The translations under genes and the position numbers were made by a program. The notes under the pieces are model-generated. The model had not been told where the DNA came from, ran no database searches, and saw only the letters and a list, made by a program, of their open reading frames with translations. This document shows, in pieces, positions 1 through 8,068 of a DNA stretch of 60,588 nucleotides. Positions within the stretch are counted from its first letter, which is position 1, and every line of letters starts with the position of its first letter. The stretch comes from an uncultured Flavobacteriales bacterium (GTDB lineage: Bacteria > Bacteroidota > Bacteroidia > Flavobacteriales_D > CAYVSK01): assembly GCA_964489175.1 (NCBI GenBank), contig CAZAYA010000001.1, forward strand, positions 1-60,588, given 5' to 3'.

Positions 1-2
1 GC

Positions 3-481
<479 letters not shown>

Positions 482-482
<1 letters not shown>

Positions 483-1675
483 TGGGCCCTTTACTCAGGC
501 ATAGTGTCATCCTTCTGCTGGCCATGCTGCTCCCCTGGCCAGCTTTGGCCCAGGAAGAGGAAGGTCGGACGTTCAACGACATCTTCGAGCTCAAAGGCTA
601 CATCAAGCACATGAACGTGGGCTCCTGGACAGAGGACAACATCGGGCTGCTCCAGAACCAGAACTTCTTCCACAACCGGCTTAACTTCCGCGCCTATCCC
701 ATCGAAGAACTCACCCTGGCCGTGGAAGCCCGGAATCGTTTGTTCTACGGCGAAGCTGTTTCCCGGGACCGGCATTTCGGGGACCGTATCCTCGGGCAAT
801 ACCCGCAACGCTTCGACATGGAAGACCTGTTGGTGAACGAACCCTCGCTGGTCCTGATCTCCAAGATCGACCGGGCTTACCTCCGGTTCAGCAAAGGGAA
901 GTTCGATATCACCGCCGGCCGGCAACGCATCAACTGGGGCCTCAACCTGGTATGGAACCCCAACGACCTGTTCAATGCGTATTCTTTCTTTGATTTCGAC
1001 TACGAAGAACGCCCGGGCAGCGACGCTATCCGCATCCAGTATTTCCCGAAGATGATGACCTCTCTGGACCTGGCCGTTCGCCCCGGAGAGGACGAGGACG
1101 ATTGGGTGGCCGCTCTGAAATACAAGTTCAATAAATTCAACTACGACTTCCAGGTCCTCGGCGGCCAGTACTATACCGACTACGCTCTGGGCCTTGGCTG
1201 GGCCGGGAACATCAAGAACGCCGGCTTCAAGGGGGAAGCCACTTATTTCCACCCGCGCGATAACTGGCAGGACACCTTAGGAGCGATCAGCGCTGCCCTT
1301 ACCTACGATTACGTCTTTCCCAACTCCCTCTACCTGGCCGGTTCGGTCTTGTGGAACTCGGAAGGAACGGACAGTCCCCCGCAATACCCAAGGAACTTCT
1401 TCACCGGTCGTCAACTCACGGCCAAGACCCTCATGCCCACGGAATTCTCCATCATGGGTCAGGTCTCCGGCAACATCACGCCCATCCTGAAGGGCAGCTT
1501 CTCTCCCATCTGGTCGCCCGGCAGCAATGCCCTCTTCTTCATGCCCTCCCTCACCTATTCCATCAAAGAGAACTGGGACCTCTCCCTCTTCGGGCAAACC
1601 TTCTTCATCGAAACCCAACAGGAGTTCCGGAATCTGGGGAACGGGGTTTTCCTAAGGTTGCAGTGGAGTTTTTGA
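482..1675 (+). CDS. Outer-membrane beta-barrel protein (alginate-export/porin-like), function unassigned
   Basis: Signal peptide (LLLAMLLPWPALAQEEE), amphipathic strand pattern, GRQRINWG motif and C-terminal aromatic ...LRLQWSF. Start is coupled to the ABC ATPase stop (TGATG). Confidence 0.8.
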
Positions 1676-1690
1676 GGTGGGGGAAATGCC

Positions 1691-1735
1691 AAATGGCAGA
1701 TGCCAAAGGGGAGCCCTTTCTGGCATCTGCCATTT
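1691..1735. terminator. Long inverted repeat between convergent genes; putative bidirectional terminator
   Basis: AAATGGCAGATGCCA (1691-1705) is the exact reverse complement of TGGCATCTGCCATTT (1721-1735). An inner AAGGG/CCCTT pair extends the stem. It lies between the stops at 1675 (+) and 1802 (-). No clear U-tract. Confidence 0.5.
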
Positions 1736-1801
1736 CCCATCTGCCTGGCCTTTCCTCCTTCATTGCAGCCTCCTCCCAAAAGGACAACCTGGCTGAAAAA
1801 C

Positions 1802-2467
1802 TTAATCCAACAAAACCTCCACATCCTCCATCAACCGCCCCACATCCTCATCCGAGGTGCCATCATAAAAGCCACGGAGGCGGCCCTGAGGGTCGACGAG
1901 GATCAGGTTCTCGGTGTGGATGAAATCGGATTTGCCGCCATCGCCTTCTGACTTGACCGCAAAATAGGACTGCCGCGCCATGCGGTAGATCTCTTGTTTG
2001 GAACCGGTAACAAAAGACCATTTGGAAGGATCCGCCCCGAATTGCTGTGCATATTGATTCAGCACCGGCACGGAGTCGTAAGAGGGATCAACGGTGTGGG
2101 AAAGGAACTGCACGCGGTCGTTGTCTTCGTATTCCTCCACCACTTCGTGCACATGGCTGTTCATTTCCGGACAAATGCCCTGGCAGGTGGTGAAAAAGAA
2201 GTTGACCACGGTGACCTTGTCTTTCAGATAGTCGCGCGTCAGCGTATCCCCTTCCTGATTCACGAAGGAGAATTCCTTGATGGTATGTCCGCTGGACACG
2301 TCCTGCATCGTGGAGTCGACCAACTCCGGGTTCAACTCCGAGGGTGAATAGACGGGCAATTCCCGGCCTTCCTTGATGGTCTGGTAACCGAACCAAATGG
2401 CCACGAAGGCAACGATGGCGAAAAGGCCGATCCGGATGGCAAGTGCTTTTCCTTGTGGCATGGGCAT
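1802..2467 (-). CDS. SCO1/SenC family copper chaperone / thioredoxin-fold protein
   Basis: FFFTTCQGICPEM (CxxxC) in a thioredoxin-like fold after one N-terminal TM helix (IGLFAIVAFVAIWFGY). Start moved from tracked 2503 to M13 (ATG 2467-2465), because a TATCTTTG -7 box sits 4 nt upstream. M15 (2461) is also possible. Confidence 0.85.
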   Translation of the reverse strand: MPMPQGKALAIRIGLFAIVAFVAIWFGYQTIKEGRELPVYSPSELNPELVDSTMQDVSSGHTIKEFSFVNQEGDTLTRDYLKDKVTVVNFFFTTCQGICPEMNSHVHEVVEEYEDNDRVQFLSHTVDPSYDSVPVLNQYAQQFGADPSKWSFVTGSKQEIYRMARQSYFAVKSEGDGGKSDFIHTENLILVDPQGRLRGFYDGTSDEDVGRLMEDVEVLLD

Positions 2468-2471
2468 GGGA

Positions 2472-2479
2472 CAAAGATA
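2472..2479 (-). promoter_or_regulatory. Bacteroidota-type -7 box TATCTTTG (TAnnTTTG) for the SCO1 gene
   Basis: CAAAGATA on the + strand reads TATCTTTG on the - strand, 4 nt upstream of ATG 2467. Confidence 0.5.
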
Positions 2480-2528
2480 AGGATGGGGAGAGCATGAGGA
2501 CACCCGGAACCGGAATCCTGAGAAAACA

Positions 2529-2536
2529 TAGATTTG
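2529..2536 (+). promoter_or_regulatory. -7 box TAGATTTG for the PIG-L deacetylase gene
   Basis: Exact TAnnTTTG match 6 nt upstream of ATG 2543, divergent from the SCO1 box. Confidence 0.5.
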
Positions 2537-2542
2537 TGAGGC

Positions 2543-5056
2543 ATGATCCGCACTACCATGAAAAGAACCACCCTATTCCTGCTCTCCCTTTTCCTGATCA
2601 CAGGAGTCCAGGCACAGAAGATGCAGCTCGATGCCGCCGAGATCCGGCAGGAGCTCAAGAAACTGAACACTGTCGGCAGCGTACTCTACCTGGCCGCTCA
2701 CCCGGATGATGAGAACACCAGCGTGATCGGTTATATGGTGAACGAAAAGCACCTGCGCACCGGCTATTTGTCGCTCACCCGTGGTGACGGGGGCCAGAAC
2801 CTGATCGGTCCGGAAAAAGGGCCGCTCCTCGGCGTGCTACGCACCCAGGAGCTCCTGGAAGCCCGGAAGGTGGACGGCGGCGAACAATACTTCAGCCGGG
2901 CCATCGATTTCGGATATTCCAAAACGGCCGAGGAGACCTTCAACATCTGGAACAAGGAACGCATCCTGAGCGATGTGGTCCGGGTGATCCGCAAATTCCG
3001 ACCGGACATCATCATTACCCGTTTCCCTTCCAATGGTTACAAAGGAGGACACGGGCATCATACCGGTTCCGCCATTCTGGCCGATGAGGCTTTTCAAATG
3101 GCCGGCGATCCCGAAGCCTTCCCGGAGCAATTGAAGACCCTGGAACCCTGGCAACCGAAACGCCTTTTGTTCAACACCAGCACCTGGTGGGACAAGGAAT
3201 TGCCCGAAAAAGCTCCCAAGGATGACGAACTCGTAGAGACCGACCTCGGCGGCTACAATTTCCTGCTGGGGAAGTCCTATACCCAGATCGCTGCCGAAAG
3301 CCGTAGCATGCACAAATGCCAGGGATTCGGGGTCTCCCGCCGGAGGGGGGAGGACTTCGAGTATTTCCGCTACCTCAAAGGGAAGGAATTCGACGGGGAA
3401 GCCCTGCTTGGCGGACTCGACCTCTCCTGGTCGCGGCTGGAAGGGGGAGAAGCCATCGGCCAAAAGGTGCAAAAGGTGCTGGACGAATACGACCTTGACG
3501 ACCCTTCCCGGATCGTTCCCGGCCTGGTAGAACTGCACCAGGCGGTCATGAAGCTCGATGATGAACACTGGAAACAATACAAGCTCGGGCAGATCGAACA
3601 ACTGATCCTGGCCTGCACGGGCACCCAACTGGAAGCCACAGCAGCCCGGGAAAGCGCTTCGCCGGGAGACGAGGTCGAGATCACGGCCCAGGCCGTCAAC
3701 GGCTCCAACTTCCCGCTCGAACTGAAGCAGGTCAACATCGCCGGCGATCTGACGAACCTGGACAGCATACTCCCCTACGAGCGCTATGTGAAACACACGG
3801 CAAAGGTCACCCTCCCGGCCAACCTCCCCTACACCACCCCCTATTGGTTGCAAAAACCACCCCGGAAAGGGACTTATCACATTCCGAAAAAGCACACTTC
3901 ACTTATCGGCGAAGCCCAGGCCCCGCCCAAAGTAGGAGCCACGTTCACCCTGGAAGCCGATGGGCATCCCTTTTCGGTATCCATTCCCGTGGAATACGAA
4001 TGGACCAGCGAGGTGGAAGGCGAGATCCGCGAGCCTTTCTCGCTCGTGCCGGAAGTGACCTGCTCCTTCGACAGCAAGGTCTACGTCTTCGCCCGGGCAG
4101 AACCACAGGAGGTCACGGTGAACTTCAGGGGCTGGAAGGACAGCCTCCGGGGCGAACTTTCCCTGGAGGTCCCGGAAAACTGGAGCGTTCAGCCTTCTTC
4201 GGCAGGCTTTCAACTGGACCGGGCCGGAGCTGCGGAAAGCATCACTTTTACCGTCACACCCCCGGAAAATACCGCCCAGGGCACTGTGAAACCGGTCGTG
4301 AAAGTGGGCGACAAAAGGCTGAGCCATGCCCTCGACAAGGTGAACTACCCCCACATCGATGAGCAGACGATCGTTCGCCAGGCCGGCGCCGACCTGGTCC
4401 GCCGCAACATCCGTACCCGCGGCAAGAGCATCGGCTACATCATGGGTTCGGGCGATGAAGTGCCCCAGGCCCTCCGGCAAATGGGCTACGAGGTGACGGA
4501 ACTCGACCCGGGAAAACTGCAGGCAGAAGCGCTGCAAAAGTTCGATGCTGTGATCGTCGGGGTCAGAGGATTCAACGTGAACGAAGTCCTGGCCCACAAA
4601 AACGAGGAGCTGTTCGAATATGCCAAACAAGGCGGCCATGTAGTGGTCCAGTACAACAAGGATGAAGAGGACCTCGTCACCCAGGAAGTCGCCCCCTACT
4701 CCCTGCGCATCGCTTACGACCGCGTGACCGTAGAGACCGCTCCCGCCACACTGCTGGATGAAGAGCACCCCCTGCTGAACAGCCCGAACCCGATCGGCCA
4801 GGAGGATTTCGAGGGCTGGGTACAGGAACGGGGGTTGTACTTCCCCGATCAGTGGGATGATGCCTTCACCCCCCTGATCAGCTGGCACGACCCGGGCGAA
4901 AAGCCCAAAAAAGGAGGGCTTCTCGTTGCTGAACACGGCAAAGGAAGCTACATCTACACCGGCATCGCTTTCTTCCGGCAATTGCCGGCAGGCGTACCCG
5001 GTGCTTTCGAACTCTTCGCCAACATCGTTTCCTATGGCATCGACGAAAAACCCTGA
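2543..5056 (+). CDS. Large secreted PIG-L/LmbE-family deacetylase with a C-terminal glutamine-amidotransferase-like (ThuA/DJ-1-like) fold
   Basis: Signal peptide (LFLLSLFLITGVQAQ). LmbE signature LYLAAHPDDENT plus GGHGHHTGS near the N-terminus. The C-terminal IGYIMGSGDEVPQALRQMGYEV...FDAVIVGVRGFN pattern is typical of class-I GATase-like folds. Confidence 0.85.
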   Translation: MIRTTMKRTTLFLLSLFLITGVQAQKMQLDAAEIRQELKKLNTVGSVLYLAAHPDDENTSVIGYMVNEKHLRTGYLSLTRGDGGQNLIGPEKGPLLGVLRTQELLEARKVDGGEQYFSRAIDFGYSKTAEETFNIWNKERILSDVVRVIRKFRPDIIITRFPSNGYKGGHGHHTGSAILADEAFQMAGDPEAFPEQLKTLEPWQPKRLLFNTSTWWDKELPEKAPKDDELVETDLGGYNFLLGKSYTQIAAESRSMHKCQGFGVSRRRGEDFEYFRYLKGKEFDGEALLGGLDLSWSRLEGGEAIGQKVQKVLDEYDLDDPSRIVPGLVELHQAVMKLDDEHWKQYKLGQIEQLILACTGTQLEATAARESASPGDEVEITAQAVNGSNFPLELKQVNIAGDLTNLDSILPYERYVKHTAKVTLPANLPYTTPYWLQKPPRKGTYHIPKKHTSLIGEAQAPPKVGATFTLEADGHPFSVSIPVEYEWTSEVEGEIREPFSLVPEVTCSFDSKVYVFARAEPQEVTVNFRGWKDSLRGELSLEVPENWSVQPSSAGFQLDRAGAAESITFTVTPPENTAQGTVKPVVKVGDKRLSHALDKVNYPHIDEQTIVRQAGADLVRRNIRTRGKSIGYIMGSGDEVPQALRQMGYEVTELDPGKLQAEALQKFDAVIVGVRGFNVNEVLAHKNEELFEYAKQGGHVVVQYNKDEEDLVTQEVAPYSLRIAYDRVTVETAPATLLDEEHPLLNSPNPIGQEDFEGWVQERGLYFPDQWDDAFTPLISWHDPGEKPKKGGLLVAEHGKGSYIYTGIAFFRQLPAGVPGAFELFANIVSYGIDEKP

Positions 5057-5201
5057 GGGCGACAACAGCCTTCCCGACGTTGACGAGGAGATCGGGCCAC
5101 CGCCCATCTTCTCCACCTGGAGCAAGCTGTACGCTTTTGTGCTCGCCGTGCTGGTGCTGGAGATCGTATTGTTCTACCTCTTCACCCTGGCGTACGCATG
5201 A
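5034..5201 (+). CDS. Putative 55-aa single-TM micro-protein coupled to the symporter gene
   Basis: MASTKNPEGDNSLPDVDEEIGPPPIFSTWSKLYAFVLAVLVLEIVLFYLFTLAYA has an acidic head and one TM helix. It fills the otherwise empty 141-nt gap. ATG 5034 overlaps the end of the deacetylase gene and the stop overlaps the symporter start (ATGA at 5198-5201). No homology evidence. Confidence 0.45.
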   Translation: MASTKNPEGDNSLPDVDEEIGPPPIFSTWSKLYAFVLAVLVLEIVLFYLFTLAYA

Positions 5202-6901
5202 GCACGTGGGACTGGATCGTGATGCTGGGCACGTTGTTCTTCATCGTGGCCTATGGCACCTGGAAGACGCGGGGCAGCCGCAACATCGAAGGCTTCCTGA
5301 AGGGCGACAACAGCATGAAGTGGTGGACCATCGGCCTGTCGGTGATGGCCACCCAGGCCAGCGCCATCACCTTCCTTTCCACACCCGGTCAGGCCTACAC
5401 CGACGGCATGCGCTTCGTGCAGTTCTACTTCGGCCTGCCCATCGCCATGGTGATCATCTCGGCCGTGTTCATTCCGCTCTATTACCGGCTGAAGGTCTAC
5501 ACGGCCTATGAATTCCTGGAGTCGCGCTTCGACCTCAAGACGCGCTTGCTCACCGCCGGACTGTTCCTGCTGCAGCGCGGACTGGCCGCCGGTATCACCA
5601 TCTATGCCCCGGCGATCATCTTATCGCAGTTGCTGGGGTGGTCGCTGAACTTCACCATCCTGTTCATCGGCTTGCTGGTGATCATCTACACTGCATCGGG
5701 TGGCACCAAGGCCGTGAGCCAGACCCACAAGCAGCAGATGGCCGTGATCTTCACCGGCCTGTTCATCGCTTTCGGCATGCTGGTCTGGTATCTCAGCACC
5801 CACCTTTCCTTTTTCGAAGGACTGGAAGTGGCCGGCAAAATGGGCAAGCTGAACGTTATCAACCTCGAGTTCGATCCGTCGGACCGCTACAACATCTGGT
5901 CCGGTATCATCGGGGGCCTGTTCCTACAGCTTTCTTACTTCGGCACCGACCAAAGTCAAGTACAGCGTTACCTGGCCGGCACTTCGGTGAAGGAAAGCCG
6001 GCTGGGCCTGATGTTCAACGGCCTTCTGAAGATCCCTATGCAATTCTTCATCCTGCTGCTGGGGGTGATGGTCTTTCTCTTCTACCAGTACACGGAACCC
6101 CCGCTGACCTTCAACGACGTGAACCGGGAGAAGGTGGTGAATTCCGAAAAGGCCGGTGAATACAAGGCCCTGGAGGAACAGCACCACCGGCTTTTCGAGG
6201 AGAAACAGGCCACGATCGGGGAGATGGAAGCCGCCTTGTCTGCCGGCAACGAAGCCAGAGCGAACGCGCTTTCCGAACGCGTGAAGGAACAGCTGGCCCG
6301 GCAAACCGAGCTGCGGGAAGCCACGAAAACCCTGATCAAGCGTGTGGATGCGGATGCGGAGACCGAGGACGACGACCACATCTTCGTGACCTTCGTGATG
6401 AACTACCTGCCCGTGGGTGTGGTGGGTCTGTTGCTGGCCGTGATCTTCTCCGCGGCCATGTCCTCCACCTCGGCCGAGCTGAATTCGCTCGCCTCCACGG
6501 CCACGGTGGATGTTTACAAACGGAATTTCTCCCGGGAGGGCAGCGAGAAGCACCATTTGCTGGCCTCCCGCTGGTTCACGCTGTTGTTCGGCGTGCTGGC
6601 GATCCTATTCGCTTCCCTGGCCTCTTTGTTCGAGAACCTCATCGAAGCGGTGAACATCCTGGGCAGTCTGTTCTACGGCACCATCCTGGGCATTTTCCTG
6701 GTGGCCTTCTTCATCAAATACATCCGGGGCCATGCCGTCTTCATCGCCGCCCTCCTGGCCCAGGCCATCATCATCACGCTCTACTACCTGGGCGAAGCTA
6801 ATATCTATGAGATCGGCTACCTGTGGTACAACCTGCTGGGACCGGCACTGGTGGTGGTATTCGGCTTGTTGCTGGAAGGGATGCTGCGGAAGGGGGAGTA
6901 G
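5198..6901 (+). CDS. Sodium:solute symporter (SSS) family transporter
   Basis: Multi-TM protein with SSS-type N-terminal region (FLKGDNSMKWWTIGLSVMATQASAITFLSTPGQAY) and GGTKAV motif. It contains a roughly 90-aa charged helical insert (about 6112-6384). Confidence 0.9.
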   Translation: MSTWDWIVMLGTLFFIVAYGTWKTRGSRNIEGFLKGDNSMKWWTIGLSVMATQASAITFLSTPGQAYTDGMRFVQFYFGLPIAMVIISAVFIPLYYRLKVYTAYEFLESRFDLKTRLLTAGLFLLQRGLAAGITIYAPAIILSQLLGWSLNFTILFIGLLVIIYTASGGTKAVSQTHKQQMAVIFTGLFIAFGMLVWYLSTHLSFFEGLEVAGKMGKLNVINLEFDPSDRYNIWSGIIGGLFLQLSYFGTDQSQVQRYLAGTSVKESRLGLMFNGLLKIPMQFFILLLGVMVFLFYQYTEPPLTFNDVNREKVVNSEKAGEYKALEEQHHRLFEEKQATIGEMEAALSAGNEARANALSERVKEQLARQTELREATKTLIKRVDADAETEDDDHIFVTFVMNYLPVGVVGLLLAVIFSAAMSSTSAELNSLASTATVDVYKRNFSREGSEKHHLLASRWFTLLFGVLAILFASLASLFENLIEAVNILGSLFYGTILGIFLVAFFIKYIRGHAVFIAALLAQAIIITLYYLGEANIYEIGYLWYNLLGPALVVVFGLLLEGMLRKGE

Positions 6902-6943
6902 TGAGGCAGTGAGATAGGTAGATAGCGAGGTAGTAAGGTAGAG
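6899..6943 (+). repeat. Stop-codon-rich GGTAG/GTGAG low-complexity arm (left arm of an inverted pair)
   Basis: TAGTGAGGCAGTGAGATAGGTAGATAGCGAGGTAGTAAGGTAGAG begins at the symporter stop codon. TAG/TGA/TAA occur in all three forward frames. Confidence 0.6.
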
Positions 6944-7268
6944 GGCGGAGTTTTAAGGAGTCACTGGGCCGGGGGATTGCAGTTCCTGTGGAACTATGAA
7001 TAGCTATCCGGTTGGCTGAAGCAGACTCCCGGAGATAACGGAAGTGTCGCCTTGAGGCCGAAGCCTGCCCGGCAGGAAAGGGCCTCGTTGATGCGGAACG
7101 CTGCTACACTTAGCAGGAGAAGCAACTGCTCGATCCTACCTATACCCTACCTGACCGATCCCATCATCCGGGCAGTGGTCTTCCTGGTGATCTTCGTCTG
7201 GAGTTTGGTGAAGGCCATCAAGTGGCCAAAAAGCCAGGGAGAAATAGTAAGGTAGAAACCCTTTTTTG

Positions 7269-7320
7269 CTACCTCACTATCGAACTACCTCACTACCTAA
7301 ACTATCTATCTACCCACCTA
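7269..7320 (-). repeat. Stop-codon-rich GGTAG/GTGAG low-complexity arm (right arm, inverted)
   Basis: The reverse complement TAGGTGGGTAGATAGATAGTTTAGGTAGTGAGGTAGTTCGATAGTGAGGTAG is built of the same units. CTACCTCACTA is repeated at 7269-7279 and 7285-7295. The arm abuts the stop of the minus-strand gene 7318-7839. Confidence 0.6.
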
Positions 7321-7839
7321 GAACAACTTCCTCACCTCCTTCTTCAGCTCCTGAAGGGCAGTAGTGGTAGGCATTTTTTTGACCTGGGAGGCGATGTCGA
7401 AAAGGTGCTTGCTCAGGTCATAAGCAGAAGCATCCTTGCCGATCTTTTCCGCGCCGGTATTGATGAACTTGATCATCTCCTCCTTGGAATGGCGGACGTG
7501 CTCCCACACATGATCGGACACATAGATCTGCTGAGTGAGGTTGTGCTCGTATTCCTCCCGGATCGCTTTCAGCAAGGCAGTGCGCAGCGACTGGGCGTTC
7601 ATGTCATCCTTGACCACCCGCATCAGGAGATTATTGAGCGCGATGCGTTCCAAAAAGAGCGACAAACGTTCATAAGCCTGCAATCGCAAAGGCAGGGTCT
7701 TCTCCTGATTCGCCTTGCGCAGATCCAGGACCTTATGACTTTCCTCCCGCTCCAGAAAGCGTTTGAGCATGTAAAAGGTCGTCAAAAAGACGATGAGCGC
7801 GGGAAGGATGAGCTTGAGGATGTCGAAAAAGGCGTCCAT
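7318..7839 (-). CDS. Conserved hypothetical membrane-anchored protein
   Basis: 173-aa ORF with an N-terminal TM helix (ILKLILPALIVFLTTFYML) followed by a helical soluble domain. No recognisable catalytic motif. Confidence 0.7.
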   Translation of the reverse strand: MDAFFDILKLILPALIVFLTTFYMLKRFLEREESHKVLDLRKANQEKTLPLRLQAYERLSLFLERIALNNLLMRVVKDDMNAQSLRTALLKAIREEYEHNLTQQIYVSDHVWEHVRHSKEEMIKFINTGAEKIGKDASAYDLSKHLFDIASQVKKMPTTTALQELKKEVRKLF

Positions 7840-7855
7840 GGGGGAACTTAGTAAA

Positions 7856-7899
7856 CAGTGAGCAGTGAACAGTGAGCAGTGAAGTGTAAGGAGTAAGGA
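7856..7899 (+). repeat. Heptad microsatellite: CAGTGAR x4 then GTAAGGA x2
   Basis: CAGTGAG CAGTGAA CAGTGAG CAGTGAA at 7856-7883, then GTAAGGA GTAAGGA at 7886-7899. Contains TAAGGAGG at 7894-7901. Confidence 0.7.
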
Positions 7900-7938
7900 G
7901 GGAAGGAATTTTCAATACAGGAACCTGATAATTGTTTA

Positions 7939-7985
7939 CCCCTTACTCTTTACCCCTTACTCTTTACTCTTCGCTCCTTACTACC
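7939..7985 (-). repeat. Inverted partner block: CCCCTTACTCTTTA x2 plus CTCTTCGCTCCTTACTACC
   Basis: 14-mer tandem duplication at 7939-7952 and 7953-7966. The reverse complement carries GTAAG-type units facing the 7856-7899 block across a 39-nt AT-rich spacer. Confidence 0.7.
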
Positions 7986-8056
7986 ACCACAAATATCAAC
8001 AATTTTTCCTCGAATCGCTGAACGCTCCCTGATATCGGTAACAGGCTCCATTTTAT

Positions 8057-8064
8057 TAGCTTTG
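8057..8064 (+). promoter_or_regulatory. -7 box TAGCTTTG for the aminotransferase gene
   Basis: Exact TAnnTTTG match 4 nt upstream of ATG 8069. Confidence 0.5.
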
Positions 8065-8068
8065 TCCT

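Noticed and set aside
1351-1951. ORFs 1351-1923, 1700-1951 and minus-strand 1555-1824/1605-1787 spanning the convergent gap
   Set aside because: They run through the end of the barrel gene, the long perfect hairpin and the end of the SCO1 gene. Their products are Pro/His/Gly-rich and not protein-like.
2543-5056. Idea that the PIG-L/LmbE deacetylase is BshB, the bacillithiol partner of bshC at 15687
   Set aside because: BshB enzymes are small cytoplasmic proteins. This one is 837 aa with a signal peptide and extra domains, is coupled to a symporter and lies 10 kb from bshC. Same superfamily, different role.
7894-7901. Perfect Shine-Dalgarno TAAGGAGG as the ribosome-binding site of an unannotated small gene
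   Set aside because: There is no ATG/GTG/TTG in the 5-12 nt behind it and no ORF follows. It is part of the GTAAGGA heptad repeat, so it is treated as a repeat unit (see findings).
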